Shown piece after piece: positions 28,784 to 38,196 of a stretch of 64,000 nucleotides of DNA. The notes beneath the pieces are model-generated. The model saw only the letters and a list, made by a program, of their open reading frames with translations, searched no databases and was not told the DNA's origin. This DNA comes from Promethearchaeia archaeon (GTDB lineage Archaea > Asgardarchaeota > Lokiarchaeia > Sigyniarchaeales > SOKP01): NCBI GenBank assembly GCA_029856085.1, contig JAHQWI010000184.1, forward strand, positions 2,972-66,971, written 5' to 3'. The position numbers and the translations under genes are program-made. How positions within the stretch are numbered: the stretch's first letter is position 1; every line of letters starts with the position of its first letter.

Positions 28784-29806
28784 ATGGTTAGAAGGATGAA
28801 ACTTAAAGTTGGGTTAATTGGTGCTGGAGGGTTTGGGTATCTGCATCTATCCGGCTATAAAAGGAATGAAAATTGTGAAATAACCGCAGTAGCATCTCGA
28901 ACAGAGAAATCCGCTAGAAAAGCAGCTGAAAAATTCAATATACCACGGGTGTATTGGGGTGATGGTTGGAGAAAAATGCTTGAACTTGAAAAGTTGGATG
29001 CGGTATCGATTTGTTCTCCAAATTATCTTCATGCTCAAATGACATTGGAAGCACTTAAAAATAATTGTAACGTTTTGTGCGAGAAACCTATAGCAATTTC
29101 ACAGAAGGAACTCTATGAAATAGAAAAGGAAATGAAAAGTAAGGAACTGATTTTTTTTAGTTCATTCCAGAAGAGATATATACCGTTTATATCACGAATA
29201 AAAGAAATGATTAAAAACAATGTATTAGGAGAGATCAACCTAGTAAGACATTTCTTTAGTCATTATGGCCCATATACCTCCTGGAGACCATTATCGGAAC
29301 AAAAATGGTTTTTTGATGCTGATAAAGCGGGAGGTGGTGTGTTAATGGATCTCGGTGTGCATTCAATTGATTTACTTCGTTATTTAATCGGTGAGTATGA
29401 TAGAGTCGAAGGATACAGCCATAATACAACATGTAAAAAAATAATTAAAGAAGACAATTGTAACGTCATATTTAGATTTAATAATGGTGTTCTCGGAACT
29501 ATAATGATATCCTGGTGTAATGAACCATTAGATATTATAGAACTTTTCGGTACAAAGGGAATGCTTAAGCTAGATCTGCAATCTAAGGAACCCTTATCAT
29601 ATAGGCCAAAGAAGTTAAGAAGAAACCCAGCAATTAAAGAATTTTTAGAAGGAGACCATTCAATGAAAATAATACCACAACATCTTTTAATTAATCATTT
29701 CATCGATTGTATCCTGAAGGGAAGGCAAGAAAATCCAGACTTTAACGATGGTAAGAGAGCAGTAGAATTTGTCTTGGAAGCATACTCAAAATCGAATTCG
29801 GACTGA
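28784..29806 (+). CDS. Gfo/Idh/MocA-family NAD(P)-dependent oxidoreductase
   Basis: KVGLIGAGGFG Rossmann N-terminus and the EKP motif (LCEKPIA). The start may be ATG 28796. Confidence 0.8.
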   Translation: MVRRMKLKVGLIGAGGFGYLHLSGYKRNENCEITAVASRTEKSARKAAEKFNIPRVYWGDGWRKMLELEKLDAVSICSPNYLHAQMTLEALKNNCNVLCEKPIAISQKELYEIEKEMKSKELIFFSSFQKRYIPFISRIKEMIKNNVLGEINLVRHFFSHYGPYTSWRPLSEQKWFFDADKAGGGVLMDLGVHSIDLLRYLIGEYDRVEGYSHNTTCKKIIKEDNCNVIFRFNNGVLGTIMISWCNEPLDIIELFGTKGMLKLDLQSKEPLSYRPKKLRRNPAIKEFLEGDHSMKIIPQHLLINHFIDCILKGRQENPDFNDGKRAVEFVLEAYSKSNSD

Positions 29807-29952
29807 AGAAAGACAGAAATACATATTAATTCACTTAATACTTATTATAATATAAGAAAAGATATTTAAATAGATGAGATCTTAATGCTCTTCTTCGTTA
29901 TAGCCTAAATCTTAAAAAATAAAAATAGAATATAAAAATTGATTAAGCTCCT

Positions 29953-30471
29953 TCAATCTTTTGAATATTTTTCAGTCCATGATTTCGCTTTAGCTTCGAA
30001 CTTTTTCTGTGCTCTAAAATATTGCTCTCCTGCTTCGTGGTTTAATGGATCTCCCGGGTTAAAGAAAGGAGGCTCGACATGCATCATGCCTTTGAGAGCT
30101 TCAATAATATTAGTTAAAGTTTTACTTGGTGTCCACCCCGATGCCCCCGTACTTGCATCAACTTTTCCCACAAGGTCTGGATTAATTAAATCTAAACAAA
30201 TGTTAAGCTTTCCCGGTGGAATAGAACTGTCAATATTGGGATGCCACATTAGGGTAACGGCATAAGCATATGGAGGGGCGAAAGGGTAATTATCTGGAAA
30301 TTTGATTTCAAATATAAATTTGCCATCTGCATAAGGAGTTCCTTTCTTGCCTATGATAGTTAAGCGTAAGTGATCAATACTCCTACCCCATGGTTCTAAA
30401 ATGACAGTAGGTTCGTTCTTATACGTTTCGATTGCTTCAGTATAATCAGTTTCTTCCCTGATGGTAATCAC
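29953..30471 (-). CDS. Ubiquitin-conjugating E2-like enzyme (UBC fold)
   Basis: FPDNYPFAPP followed by WHPNIDSSIPPGKLNICLDLI (HPN motif plus catalytic Cys, compare HPNI..G.ICLDIL). GTG start within aaaGGTGAtt. Confidence 0.85.
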   Translation of the reverse strand: MITIREETDYTEAIETYKNEPTVILEPWGRSIDHLRLTIIGKKGTPYADGKFIFEIKFPDNYPFAPPYAYAVTLMWHPNIDSSIPPGKLNICLDLINPDLVGKVDASTGASGWTPSKTLTNIIEALKGMMHVEPPFFNPGDPLNHEAGEQYFRAQKKFEAKAKSWTEKYSKD

Positions 30472-30758
30472 CTTTATAATAAATTTACAATTAAATTGTA
30501 ATAGTTATATTAGTTTAATTTTATAAAAATATTTATTATGACAATAAAAATTTTTCACAACAAAAGTATTTTGCGTTTTTTTATTGGAAAATTTTTTGTT
30601 AATATTCTTATAAAGTAAACATATTTGAAGTTTTCTTAATCAAAAGGTAGAACTTTGTGGGTATAAAAAAAATATCAATATCTTTTTGTTATTACTCACT
30701 CTATCTAAAAACATAAAAAATAAATTAATTATATTATTATTTTATTTTAAAACATATC

Positions 30759-30912
30759 CCCTCCCTAACTCAGTGGTCAGAGTGCTCGGCTGTAGATAAT
30801 ATCGCGTACTAAAGCTTGTAGCTAATGAAGTTACGTCAGCCGTTACCGAGCGGTCCCCGGCTCGAAATAAGGTTCCATATCGGAACAAGCTAGAATCCGG
30901 GGGGAGGGACCA
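30759..30912 (+). tRNA. tRNA-Tyr (GUA) with two introns (49 nt at 37/38 and 29 nt in the T-loop at 59/60) and an encoded CCA
   Basis: Acceptor CCCUCCC/GGGAGGG with the C1:G72 pair plus A73. D arm ACUC-AGUGGUCA-GAGU. Anticodon stem CUCGG(30785-89)/CCGAG(30846-50), loop CU-GUA-G|..|A. T stem CCCGG(30856-60)/CCGGG(30897-901). Introns at 30796-30844 and 30867-30895. 154 nt minus 78 nt gives a 76-nt mature tRNA. Confidence 0.85.
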
Positions 30913-30987
30913 TTTATTCTAATATTATATATTAATGTAAAAAAAAAGGTTTAAAATGGAGAAAATTGGAATTTAATAGTAATAGCT

Positions 30988-31323
30988 TTAGGGTTGAATT
31001 GCTTCAATAACCTTCTCCTTAAAATCTTCTCCTTCTAATATTTGCATTTCGTAAATTGCTTCTATTTCTATTCCAGTACCTCCTTCACTCTTCTCAAATA
31101 TTTTACGTATTGATTCAAGGTCTTTTGCATTCCATTCACAATATAATTTTTCTTGTTCAGGTACTGCCCAGCTTCTCAGCCAATCAGCATCATCTGTACA
31201 ATCTGATTTTAGATTACGTAGTAATACATTTTTCTCAGAAGGAAGTTTTAACATCCCCTCTAAAGTCCGTTTTCTAATTGGATGAATCACAATATACTTC
31301 GGCATTTTCATCTCACCTTTCAA
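30988..31323 (-). CDS. DUF4242-like small protein
   Basis: MPKYIVIH... and DWLRSWAVPEQEKLYCEWNAKDLESIRKIF fit the DUF4242 pattern (MPK-hydrophobic-H, W..S.V..D...YC.Y.A.S.E). Confidence 0.45.
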   Translation of the reverse strand: MKGEMKMPKYIVIHPIRKRTLEGMLKLPSEKNVLLRNLKSDCTDDADWLRSWAVPEQEKLYCEWNAKDLESIRKIFEKSEGGTGIEIEAIYEMQILEGEDFKEKVIEAIQP

Positions 31324-31566
31324 ATTTATTGATTTCCTTTTAATTTTATTAAATTAATTTACAAAATTGTAAACCAATTATAAAGTAATACAATTAATAA
31401 TATAACTTTTACATTTTAGTAACAATGAATTAAGAGAAGAAGTAAAGATATCTTTATTATTTTTCTTTCGGAACAAAAATTCTCAAAAAATTATTATTTT
31501 AGCCACCATTAATTATTAATATAATTATTTAAATATACTATTAAATTAGCGGAGATAATTGATTAA

Positions 31567-31992
31567 ATGAATGAAAGCGATAAAGATTTTGAACAGCATG
31601 AGTTAGAAAAAATACGGATGAGAAAAATGAAAGCGATAATAGACGCAAAAAAACAACAAGAATTTGCTAAAGATAGAGTAGTTTCAATTTCAGAAAAAGG
31701 TGAATATGTTTTAAAGGTGGTATTAGCTCCAGAAGCGTATAACTACTTAAACAGTATAAAGAGTAAGGAACCAAATGTATATCAAGCAATTTACAATGAG
31801 CTAATTAGCCCAGATGTAATACAAAGCATAGATTATTTATTGGCAATTATCCAACAAAGAGGAGGTGTTCCAAAAAAAATTCCTCTTGATGCTATAATAT
31901 ATTTAGAGCGGAAAGTTAAAGGAATAAAAAGTAAGATCCAGGTTAAACGTGGTGATGATCTCATGGATTTAGGATCATTTTTAACTAAATAA
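31567..31992 (+). CDS. Possible PDCD5/TFAR19-like dsDNA-binding protein
   Basis: N-terminal ELEKIRMRKMKAIIDAKKQQE plus the helical VLKVVLAPEAYNYLNSIKSKEPNVYQAIYNELI resemble archaeal PDCD5 homologs. Recognition is weak. Confidence 0.3.
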   Translation: MNESDKDFEQHELEKIRMRKMKAIIDAKKQQEFAKDRVVSISEKGEYVLKVVLAPEAYNYLNSIKSKEPNVYQAIYNELISPDVIQSIDYLLAIIQQRGGVPKKIPLDAIIYLERKVKGIKSKIQVKRGDDLMDLGSFLTK

Positions 31993-32032
31993 TAATGAAA
32001 TTCCAACCACATTAACTATTATAATGGAATTT

Positions 32033-32587
32033 TTATTGCTCTCTCCCTGATATTATGGCTATTACTTCACATTCGTCATTAGGAAGAGGATTTGATGATA
32101 TCTCGAAAAATTGAAAGGCAAATGGCCTCCCAAAAATTTGCTCTACTAAATAACCAAACGACTGAATCGCAAATATAAAAACTCTTTTCAGAGTAGATTC
32201 AGTATCGGTTTGAATATTTAATTCCTTTATTACTTCTTCAATTACTTCAATTTCTTTGGAATTATATCTATACTTAAATACTAATTTGAAATCAACAGGA
32301 GTAGGGGCTTCAGGATCTTCAAATGAAAGGCCTTGCTTTCGGAAATGAAAAGAAGTATTTAAATACAATGAAAAGATTTCCTCATGATGATCCTTTAAAA
32401 GATGAGATATACGTGAACGGGCTTGATATTGAGGCCAATAATCCTTCATGAGTTTTAGTAATCTCGGGTAATTCTTGTATTTGTTTTCACTTTCCTTTTT
32501 CAAACAATTGAGTAACTGATTCTTCAGGGGCTTAAATTCAGACTGTTGCCCAACCCGAGTTATAAATTTTCGAAATGTAACACTCAT
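32033..32587 (-). CDS. Hypothetical protein
   Basis: A 184-aa ORF with normal composition. No motif recognised. Confidence 0.5.
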   Translation of the reverse strand: MSVTFRKFITRVGQQSEFKPLKNQLLNCLKKESENKYKNYPRLLKLMKDYWPQYQARSRISHLLKDHHEEIFSLYLNTSFHFRKQGLSFEDPEAPTPVDFKLVFKYRYNSKEIEVIEEVIKELNIQTDTESTLKRVFIFAIQSFGYLVEQIFGRPFAFQFFEISSNPLPNDECEVIAIISGREQ

Positions 32588-32784
32588 TCTTTAAAGTAAG
32601 AAAATAATTTTGTATGAACTATATATTATATATTTATTTTTTCCTATGATATTTTGATAATACTAGTTCTCTTATATATTACTATTTTTTTATCAAATTT
32701 ATCAAACAGATAAAGCACTTTTGAAATTAAGTTTTATAAAATATGTAAAAAAAATTTATAGTAATCCTAATTTTACTTATTATA

Positions 32785-33978
32785 ATGGTGGATAAAGTTG
32801 GGCTTGTTTATACCAAAGAATATCAAAAATACAATTTTGGAAAAGATCATCCTTTGAGACCCTTAAGGCTCAAATTGACATATAGCCTTATGGATAAGCT
32901 AAAATTGTTAGAAAATGAAAGATTAGAGATTCTGGAACCTCGAATGGCCACCAGAGAGGAATTAGAAAGAGTCCATTCTCCGAAATATGTTGATGTTGTA
33001 AAAAAATTGAGTGAAAATCCCAATGATAAATCAACGTCTCCTTATATCTATGGTTTAGGACCTGGAGATAACCCAATCTTTAAAGGTATGTATGAAGCTT
33101 CTGCTTTGATATCTGGAGGAAGTATTATTGCTGCAGATAAAGTGTGGAATGAACAAGAGATTAGAATCGCATTTAATCCGGCTGGTGGGCTTCATCACGC
33201 GATGAGAGAAAAAGCTTCAGGTTTTTGTATTTTCAATGATATTGCTGTCTCTATTCAGCATTTAAAAACCTTGAAAAAAGACATTAGAATTGCTTATGTT
33301 GATATTGATTGTCATCATGGTGATGGTGTTCAATGGCTTTTCTATAATGATCCGAACGTTTTAACAATATCATACCATCAAGATGGAAAGTTTCTTTTTC
33401 CAGGAACGGGATTTATTAATGAAACTGGGGAAGGAGAGGGGAATGGCTTTTCTATAAATTTTCCTTTGATACCAGGGACAAATAATAAATCTTTTATTAA
33501 ATTATTTAGGAAAACTGCACCAAAATTATTAGAAGCATATAAACCAGATATTTTAATAACTCAATTAGGGGTAGATACCTACTTTGATGATCCCTTAACA
33601 CAGATGGGTTTTTCATTATCAGTTTATAGAGATATTGCCCAAACGATGAAAACATGTGCAAAAGATTATTGTCAAGATAAATGGGTTGCATTTGGAGGGG
33701 GAGGTTATTTATTAACTGTTGTACCTAGAGCTTGGAGTATCTTTTTAGCCAGGATGCTTGGCATAGAATTGCCTAATGAATTACCAGATAGTTGGATAAA
33801 AGAAGTTAAGAAAGAGGTTCCTTATGAAGATACACCATACCTATTATGGGATAGAGGTGAAAAGGTTGAGATTCAAATGCTTCGAAACCCTGAAATCGCT
33901 AAAAAAATCATAGATTATACAAACTCACTTGTTGAGCTTTCAAATGAAAAATTTCTACCAAATTTGATTAAAATATAA
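32785..33978 (+). CDS. Histone deacetylase-family enzyme (class I HDAC / AcuC-like)
   Basis: HPLRPLRL, GGLHHA, FCIFNDIAV and DIDCHHGDGVQ catalytic motifs. Confidence 0.85.
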   Translation: MVDKVGLVYTKEYQKYNFGKDHPLRPLRLKLTYSLMDKLKLLENERLEILEPRMATREELERVHSPKYVDVVKKLSENPNDKSTSPYIYGLGPGDNPIFKGMYEASALISGGSIIAADKVWNEQEIRIAFNPAGGLHHAMREKASGFCIFNDIAVSIQHLKTLKKDIRIAYVDIDCHHGDGVQWLFYNDPNVLTISYHQDGKFLFPGTGFINETGEGEGNGFSINFPLIPGTNNKSFIKLFRKTAPKLLEAYKPDILITQLGVDTYFDDPLTQMGFSLSVYRDIAQTMKTCAKDYCQDKWVAFGGGGYLLTVVPRAWSIFLARMLGIELPNELPDSWIKEVKKEVPYEDTPYLLWDRGEKVEIQMLRNPEIAKKIIDYTNSLVELSNEKFLPNLIKI

Positions 33979-34196
33979 AAAAAATTCAATAATTTTTTCC
34001 CTAAAAAGATTTGCCAGTAAGGAGTGAAAAGAAAAGATATCTCTACTGTTAAGTAAGTAATCAAATTTGTGATAAATTTCTAAATTTCAAATTTTAAGTG
34101 GTGAAATTCTTGTATAATTTATTTTCTACTTTGTCATGTGAATTTTTGGAAATCTTTAAATAGTAGAAAAATTCAACATATATTGTTAAAATAAAA

Positions 34197-34336
34197 GATC
34201 GGAAGACCATGAACGACAATATATTCTTATACCTAAAGTCGAGCAATCGGCTAAATACCTCAACCCTTAACCCTGTTATTAGATAAATACGTCTCCTCTT
34301 TTTAATTTTTTAAGATTCATGGTTTCCGATTTTTTG
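34197..34336 (+). ncRNA. Candidate structured small RNA closed by a 15-bp terminal helix (function unknown)
   Basis: AUCGGAAGACCAUGAA (34198-213) pairs with UUCAUGGUUUCCGAU (34316-330): 15 bp with one bulged A. A T6 tract follows at 34331-36 and TTTAAATA lies at 34155-62. It sits in a 430-bp gap between convergent genes and is locally GC-richer. The strand is uncertain. Confidence 0.35.
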
Positions 34337-34407
34337 CTTTTTCTACTTAACTTACTCGAAATCAAAATAAATTATCTAAAATTCAAGAAGTAAAAGAGTG
34401 TGTCTTT

Positions 34408-34788
34408 TTAGGCAAATAATTCTAAAAACTGACCTGCGATCCCAAAAAAGTCTTCATCGTTTAGAGGGCCAAGATCACCTTTTAAATATAATACTATATC
34501 CCCATCGGAATCTACAATCTCCCCTTTTTCTTTTTTAAATTCAAAAATAAACTTATCTGCAAAAGAAGAAAATATCTTTCCTTCTTTGATATAACCCTGT
34601 TGTTCTCCTTCATTCCAAGTTATGGCGCCATTTTCCTTAAGAATCAAAAGTGTATAGCCTGTTTTGTCTTTAAACTCATTTTTTTCCAAGTAGCCAATCA
34701 ATTTCTTTTTTTTATTCAAGAATCTATTCCCTTCAATAAAACCTTCTAATTTCTCCTTTTTATTAAAAACTTCAATCATAAATTTCAC
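34408..34788 (-). CDS. Hypothetical protein with short internal G-x-I/L beta-hairpin-like repeats
   Basis: A 126-aa ORF. No family recognised. Confidence 0.45.
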   Translation of the reverse strand: MKFMIEVFNKKEKLEGFIEGNRFLNKKKKLIGYLEKNEFKDKTGYTLLILKENGAITWNEGEQQGYIKEGKIFSSFADKFIFEFKKEKGEIVDSDGDIVLYLKGDLGPLNDEDFFGIAGQFLELFA

Positions 34789-35012
34789 CCTAATATGTGT
34801 ATTTAGAAATAAGTAAGACAGAAAATTTAAGTTTTATTTAAAGAAGTTAATTAAAATTATTCGAACGAATTTTTTTTAGTCAGACTGAATAATCATCAAT
34901 TCTTAATGGATTTTAATTCAGTTGTAAACTTTTTAAATACTTTGTTGATTGAAAATATTTATTAAATCGTAATCCATTAATTATTAAGGATTATCATAAT
35001 TTTAGATTCAAG

Positions 35013-35480
35013 TTGAGATTGGGTATGAGTGAAGATACCAAAAAGATAAAATTAAGTACAGACACAGAAGTAGATTTTGATGAAAAAGCCCCGACAACTC
35101 TTTTTGAAATTATTATTAGTGAGATTCTGATTCCTAAGTATAAGGAAAATGCGGATTGGAATTTATCTTTAAATATTATCATCGAGGAAATGAATAAGCT
35201 TATAATAAAGTATGACCTTAGTCCAAAACTTAAGTTAGGCTTGCTTAATAATGTTGAAAAACATCTAGATAAAGACATTGAAGAGTTAACTGGAGTGGAT
35301 AAGATTGAAATATTATTCTTAAATATGGATGATTATGTTGAAGATATACGAACACTGATACTTGCAGGTAAAGATAAAGAAGAACTCCGTACTGATATGG
35401 CAAATTTAGTAATGCCATTGACGCTTTTTGAGTTAGCAGAGCTTTTTATTTATTTAGGAAAGAGAACATTTTTAAAATGA
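35013..35480 (+). CDS. Hypothetical acidic helical protein
   Basis: A 155-aa ORF (probable start ATG 35025). The antisense ORF 34994-35278 is low-complexity and judged spurious. Confidence 0.45.
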   Translation: MRLGMSEDTKKIKLSTDTEVDFDEKAPTTLFEIIISEILIPKYKENADWNLSLNIIIEEMNKLIIKYDLSPKLKLGLLNNVEKHLDKDIEELTGVDKIEILFLNMDDYVEDIRTLILAGKDKEELRTDMANLVMPLTLFELAELFIYLGKRTFLK

Positions 35481-35501
35481 TTAAATTAATTTTTTCTCTT
35501 T

Positions 35502-36482
35502 CTATTCTATTAATCTCAGAGTTGTAATGGGTCGACTTTGGAGGGGATATAGAATATCATTTTCAATAGCCCATTCAATATCTTGAGGATAATTGAAGAT
35601 TGTCTCAAGATTCAATCCTAGATTGTAAAGTTGGAAGAGCTGATCGTTATTTAAAGAAAGTTTTTCTTTAAGTTCTGGTTTAGTGTCTAATAGTATTGTT
35701 GATGAACCTTCAGGGTTTGGGACAGACATTTTCTCCTTTTTTCCAATTATAATCTTTATCAATCTAAACTGTTTTTTATCAAGGATTATCATATCGGGAA
35801 TAACAAGGTTGTTCGTAATAAGTTCACCAAGACCCCAGGTTGAGTTAATCAGCATTTCATTTTTTTCATTATTTAATACATTTACCGTGAATAAAACGCC
35901 CGAAGTTTGAGAATTAATCATTTTTTGAATTATTACTGCCATCTCTAAATCTATTAAAGATATTTCTTCATTTCTTTTCTTCATTTGGAGGAAATATAAT
36001 AATGCTTGAGGGCTGTACAATGATATCCAGCAGTTTTTTACATAGATTACGATATCTTTAAAAGTTTTGATATTTAAATAACTTTCTGCCTGTCCAGCAA
36101 AGGAGAACGATTTTGAATCTTCAATATTGGCTGATGATCTAACAGAAAACGAGGTTTTTTTGCCAATTTTTTTAATCAGATTAATATAAGCGCTCTTAAT
36201 TTCATCAACAATTCCCTGGGGGATTTGTGCTCTAAGGAATAATTCTTTTATTCTAGTAGAAATATCCATAATATCGTTCGGAGTGTAGTCGGTTGAAATA
36301 ATTTGAAGAAGTTTTTCATTTAAATGGGAAGTTTTTAGAAATTGTCTATAGGAATTTGTATTTACAATAATTCCTGGGGGGGTATTGACGCCAAAATTTA
36401 TGAGATTAATTAGATTTGAGCCTTTTCCACCGAACAATGATGGATTGGGTTTTGCATTATCTAAAAAATCCACAAAATTCAT
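35502..36482 (-). CDS. PEP synthase / pyruvate phosphate dikinase N-terminal ATP-grasp domain protein (PPDK_N)
   Basis: FGGKGSNLINL (compare GGKGANL), SVRSSANIEDS and the C-terminal QDIEWA motifs. Confidence 0.75.
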   Translation of the reverse strand: MNFVDFLDNAKPNPSLFGGKGSNLINLINFGVNTPPGIIVNTNSYRQFLKTSHLNEKLLQIISTDYTPNDIMDISTRIKELFLRAQIPQGIVDEIKSAYINLIKKIGKKTSFSVRSSANIEDSKSFSFAGQAESYLNIKTFKDIVIYVKNCWISLYSPQALLYFLQMKKRNEEISLIDLEMAVIIQKMINSQTSGVLFTVNVLNNEKNEMLINSTWGLGELITNNLVIPDMIILDKKQFRLIKIIIGKKEKMSVPNPEGSSTILLDTKPELKEKLSLNNDQLFQLYNLGLNLETIFNYPQDIEWAIENDILYPLQSRPITTLRLIE

Positions 36483-36483
36483 T

Positions 36484-36882
36484 TTATTCCAAGTTAGAAT
36501 TTAATTCATTCAAATATAAAATCCCTTTGTCATCTCCGTCATGAATAATTTTAGCGTTTTTACCGTTTAGAGATGACACATCTTCTGTAAGAAATTCTGT
36601 AGCCATTATACAAGGAAGGCCGAACTCTCTTGAAACTATAGCTAGATGCGATCCTGCTGATCCAGTAGTACAAATTGTACCAGATAATTCTGATAATATA
36701 GGACTCAGTGTAGTTATTCCAGCATCATCAACAATACATATTTTTCCAGCAGCACTATCAAAAAGGTTTATTACATCTTCTATGGTCCTAACGTAAACTA
36801 ACTCTCCAGAAACATCAGATTTTGAAGAACAAGATAAACCTTCACCGATTTTTATCATGATAAATATACTTAAGAATTCCAA
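36484..36882 (-). CDS. PEP-utilising enzyme mobile (swivelling phosphohistidine) domain protein
   Basis: GSAGSHLAIVSREFGLPCIM matches the phosphohistidine motif G-x-TSH-x-AIVARE-x-G-IP. Its stop lies 1 nt before the start of the PPDK_N gene. Confidence 0.7.
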   Translation of the reverse strand: MEFLSIFIMIKIGEGLSCSSKSDVSGELVYVRTIEDVINLFDSAAGKICIVDDAGITTLSPILSELSGTICTTGSAGSHLAIVSREFGLPCIMATEFLTEDVSSLNGKNAKIIHDGDDKGILYLNELNSNLE

Positions 36883-37033
36883 AACAAATGATATTAATTA
36901 AATTTTTATTTTTTATACTTTAATCAAATTTGTGACTTAAGTTTTATTAAAACCATTAAAACTGGTTATTAAATATAAATAGTATTAAGTTTAAACATAT
37001 TATCAAAAATTAAAATTTTAGTATGATAGATAC

Positions 37034-38191
37034 ATGAATGTAAAAGAAGCAAACGAGCTTATCGCTCATGCGTCTAAATTAGTTGATTATCAAGTATCAA
37101 AAAGAGGCTTATTGGAAACACAATTATTTCCAGTTACTGCTTATATCTGTGTATCCTTTTATAATAGTTATGATATGCTTTATGATATACTAAAAAAAGT
37201 ATCAGAAAAGACTACACCCGAACAAATGGGAAAGGAAAGTAGGAAAATTCTTTCAGAAATTCATGCTTTAAGTATTTTTTATATCCCGTTATATTATATG
37301 GCAGGAAGGATGGGAGAAATTTGCCGAAATAATAATGATCCTAAGAGTGAAAGTGTCGAAAAAAGAGAACAAACAATTTTTGTACTTGATTTTTGGAAAC
37401 GGATGGCATCATCCTATTTCCCAGAGGGTAAAGTATCTGTGTTTGATTCAGATAAAAAGAATATCGCATTGGATCAACATGATATTGATTGGGCAATGAA
37501 TCATATTATGAATGTAACAAATGATCAAGCTACAAAAGTAAAGCGTGCTGTAGCTAATCTAGAATTAGTTTCATTTATTGATGAATGTGAAGCGAGAGCG
37601 AAATTATGCGATCATGGCCCATATAATTTAGAGGATAATGAAATTTTAGTTTTTAGGGAAATTTCTCATCTATATGATGGAGGTAAACCTCATTTTCCTT
37701 GGTCTATAACAGAAGCAAAGGCACCTTACAATAATATTGCTGTGGCGTTCCGACTAAAAGATGTAGAAACAAGTTTTGATGATTTTGCATCCTTAGAATC
37801 TAATCCCGTAGATTTTTTAAATAATATAACGGGTATTGCCTTATTTACACGCGATAAAGAAAAAGTTATCCCTCTTGATCTTGATATTTTAAATGATTTT
37901 AGCGATTATGCTGTAAAGGCAAATAAAGAACTATTTTTGAAATTCTCTAAATGGGATAAACGGCAAAGATTAACAGCAGGAGCTTTTGCATACTGTTATG
38001 GATATGCCAGATTTACTAATTTTGTTGGAATAGCTGAGAAGATAAATTGGGATCTTACGGAAAGAACTATTAGTAAGTACATACCCGAATTCATGGAGAG
38101 TGATTTTGATCCAGGGATTCCAAGATTTTTAAGGAGTAGAGTAAAGAAGAAAAAAGAAGGTCCATCACTTTTTCTATTACCAGAGGACTAA
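37034..38191 (+). CDS. Hypothetical protein
   Basis: A 385-aa ORF, first of four co-directional genes. No motif recognised. Confidence 0.5.
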   Translation: MNVKEANELIAHASKLVDYQVSKRGLLETQLFPVTAYICVSFYNSYDMLYDILKKVSEKTTPEQMGKESRKILSEIHALSIFYIPLYYMAGRMGEICRNNNDPKSESVEKREQTIFVLDFWKRMASSYFPEGKVSVFDSDKKNIALDQHDIDWAMNHIMNVTNDQATKVKRAVANLELVSFIDECEARAKLCDHGPYNLEDNEILVFREISHLYDGGKPHFPWSITEAKAPYNNIAVAFRLKDVETSFDDFASLESNPVDFLNNITGIALFTRDKEKVIPLDLDILNDFSDYAVKANKELFLKFSKWDKRQRLTAGAFAYCYGYARFTNFVGIAEKINWDLTERTISKYIPEFMESDFDPGIPRFLRSRVKKKKEGPSLFLLPED

Positions 38192-38196
38192 TTAGT

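Noticed and set aside
34262-34274. AACCCUUAACCCU direct repeat inside the candidate sRNA, superficially like a telomerase RNA template (1.5 copies of a C-rich repeat).
   Set aside because: A 13-nt coincidence. Nothing in this window indicates linear chromosome ends or a TERT gene, so the idea is too speculative to report as a finding.
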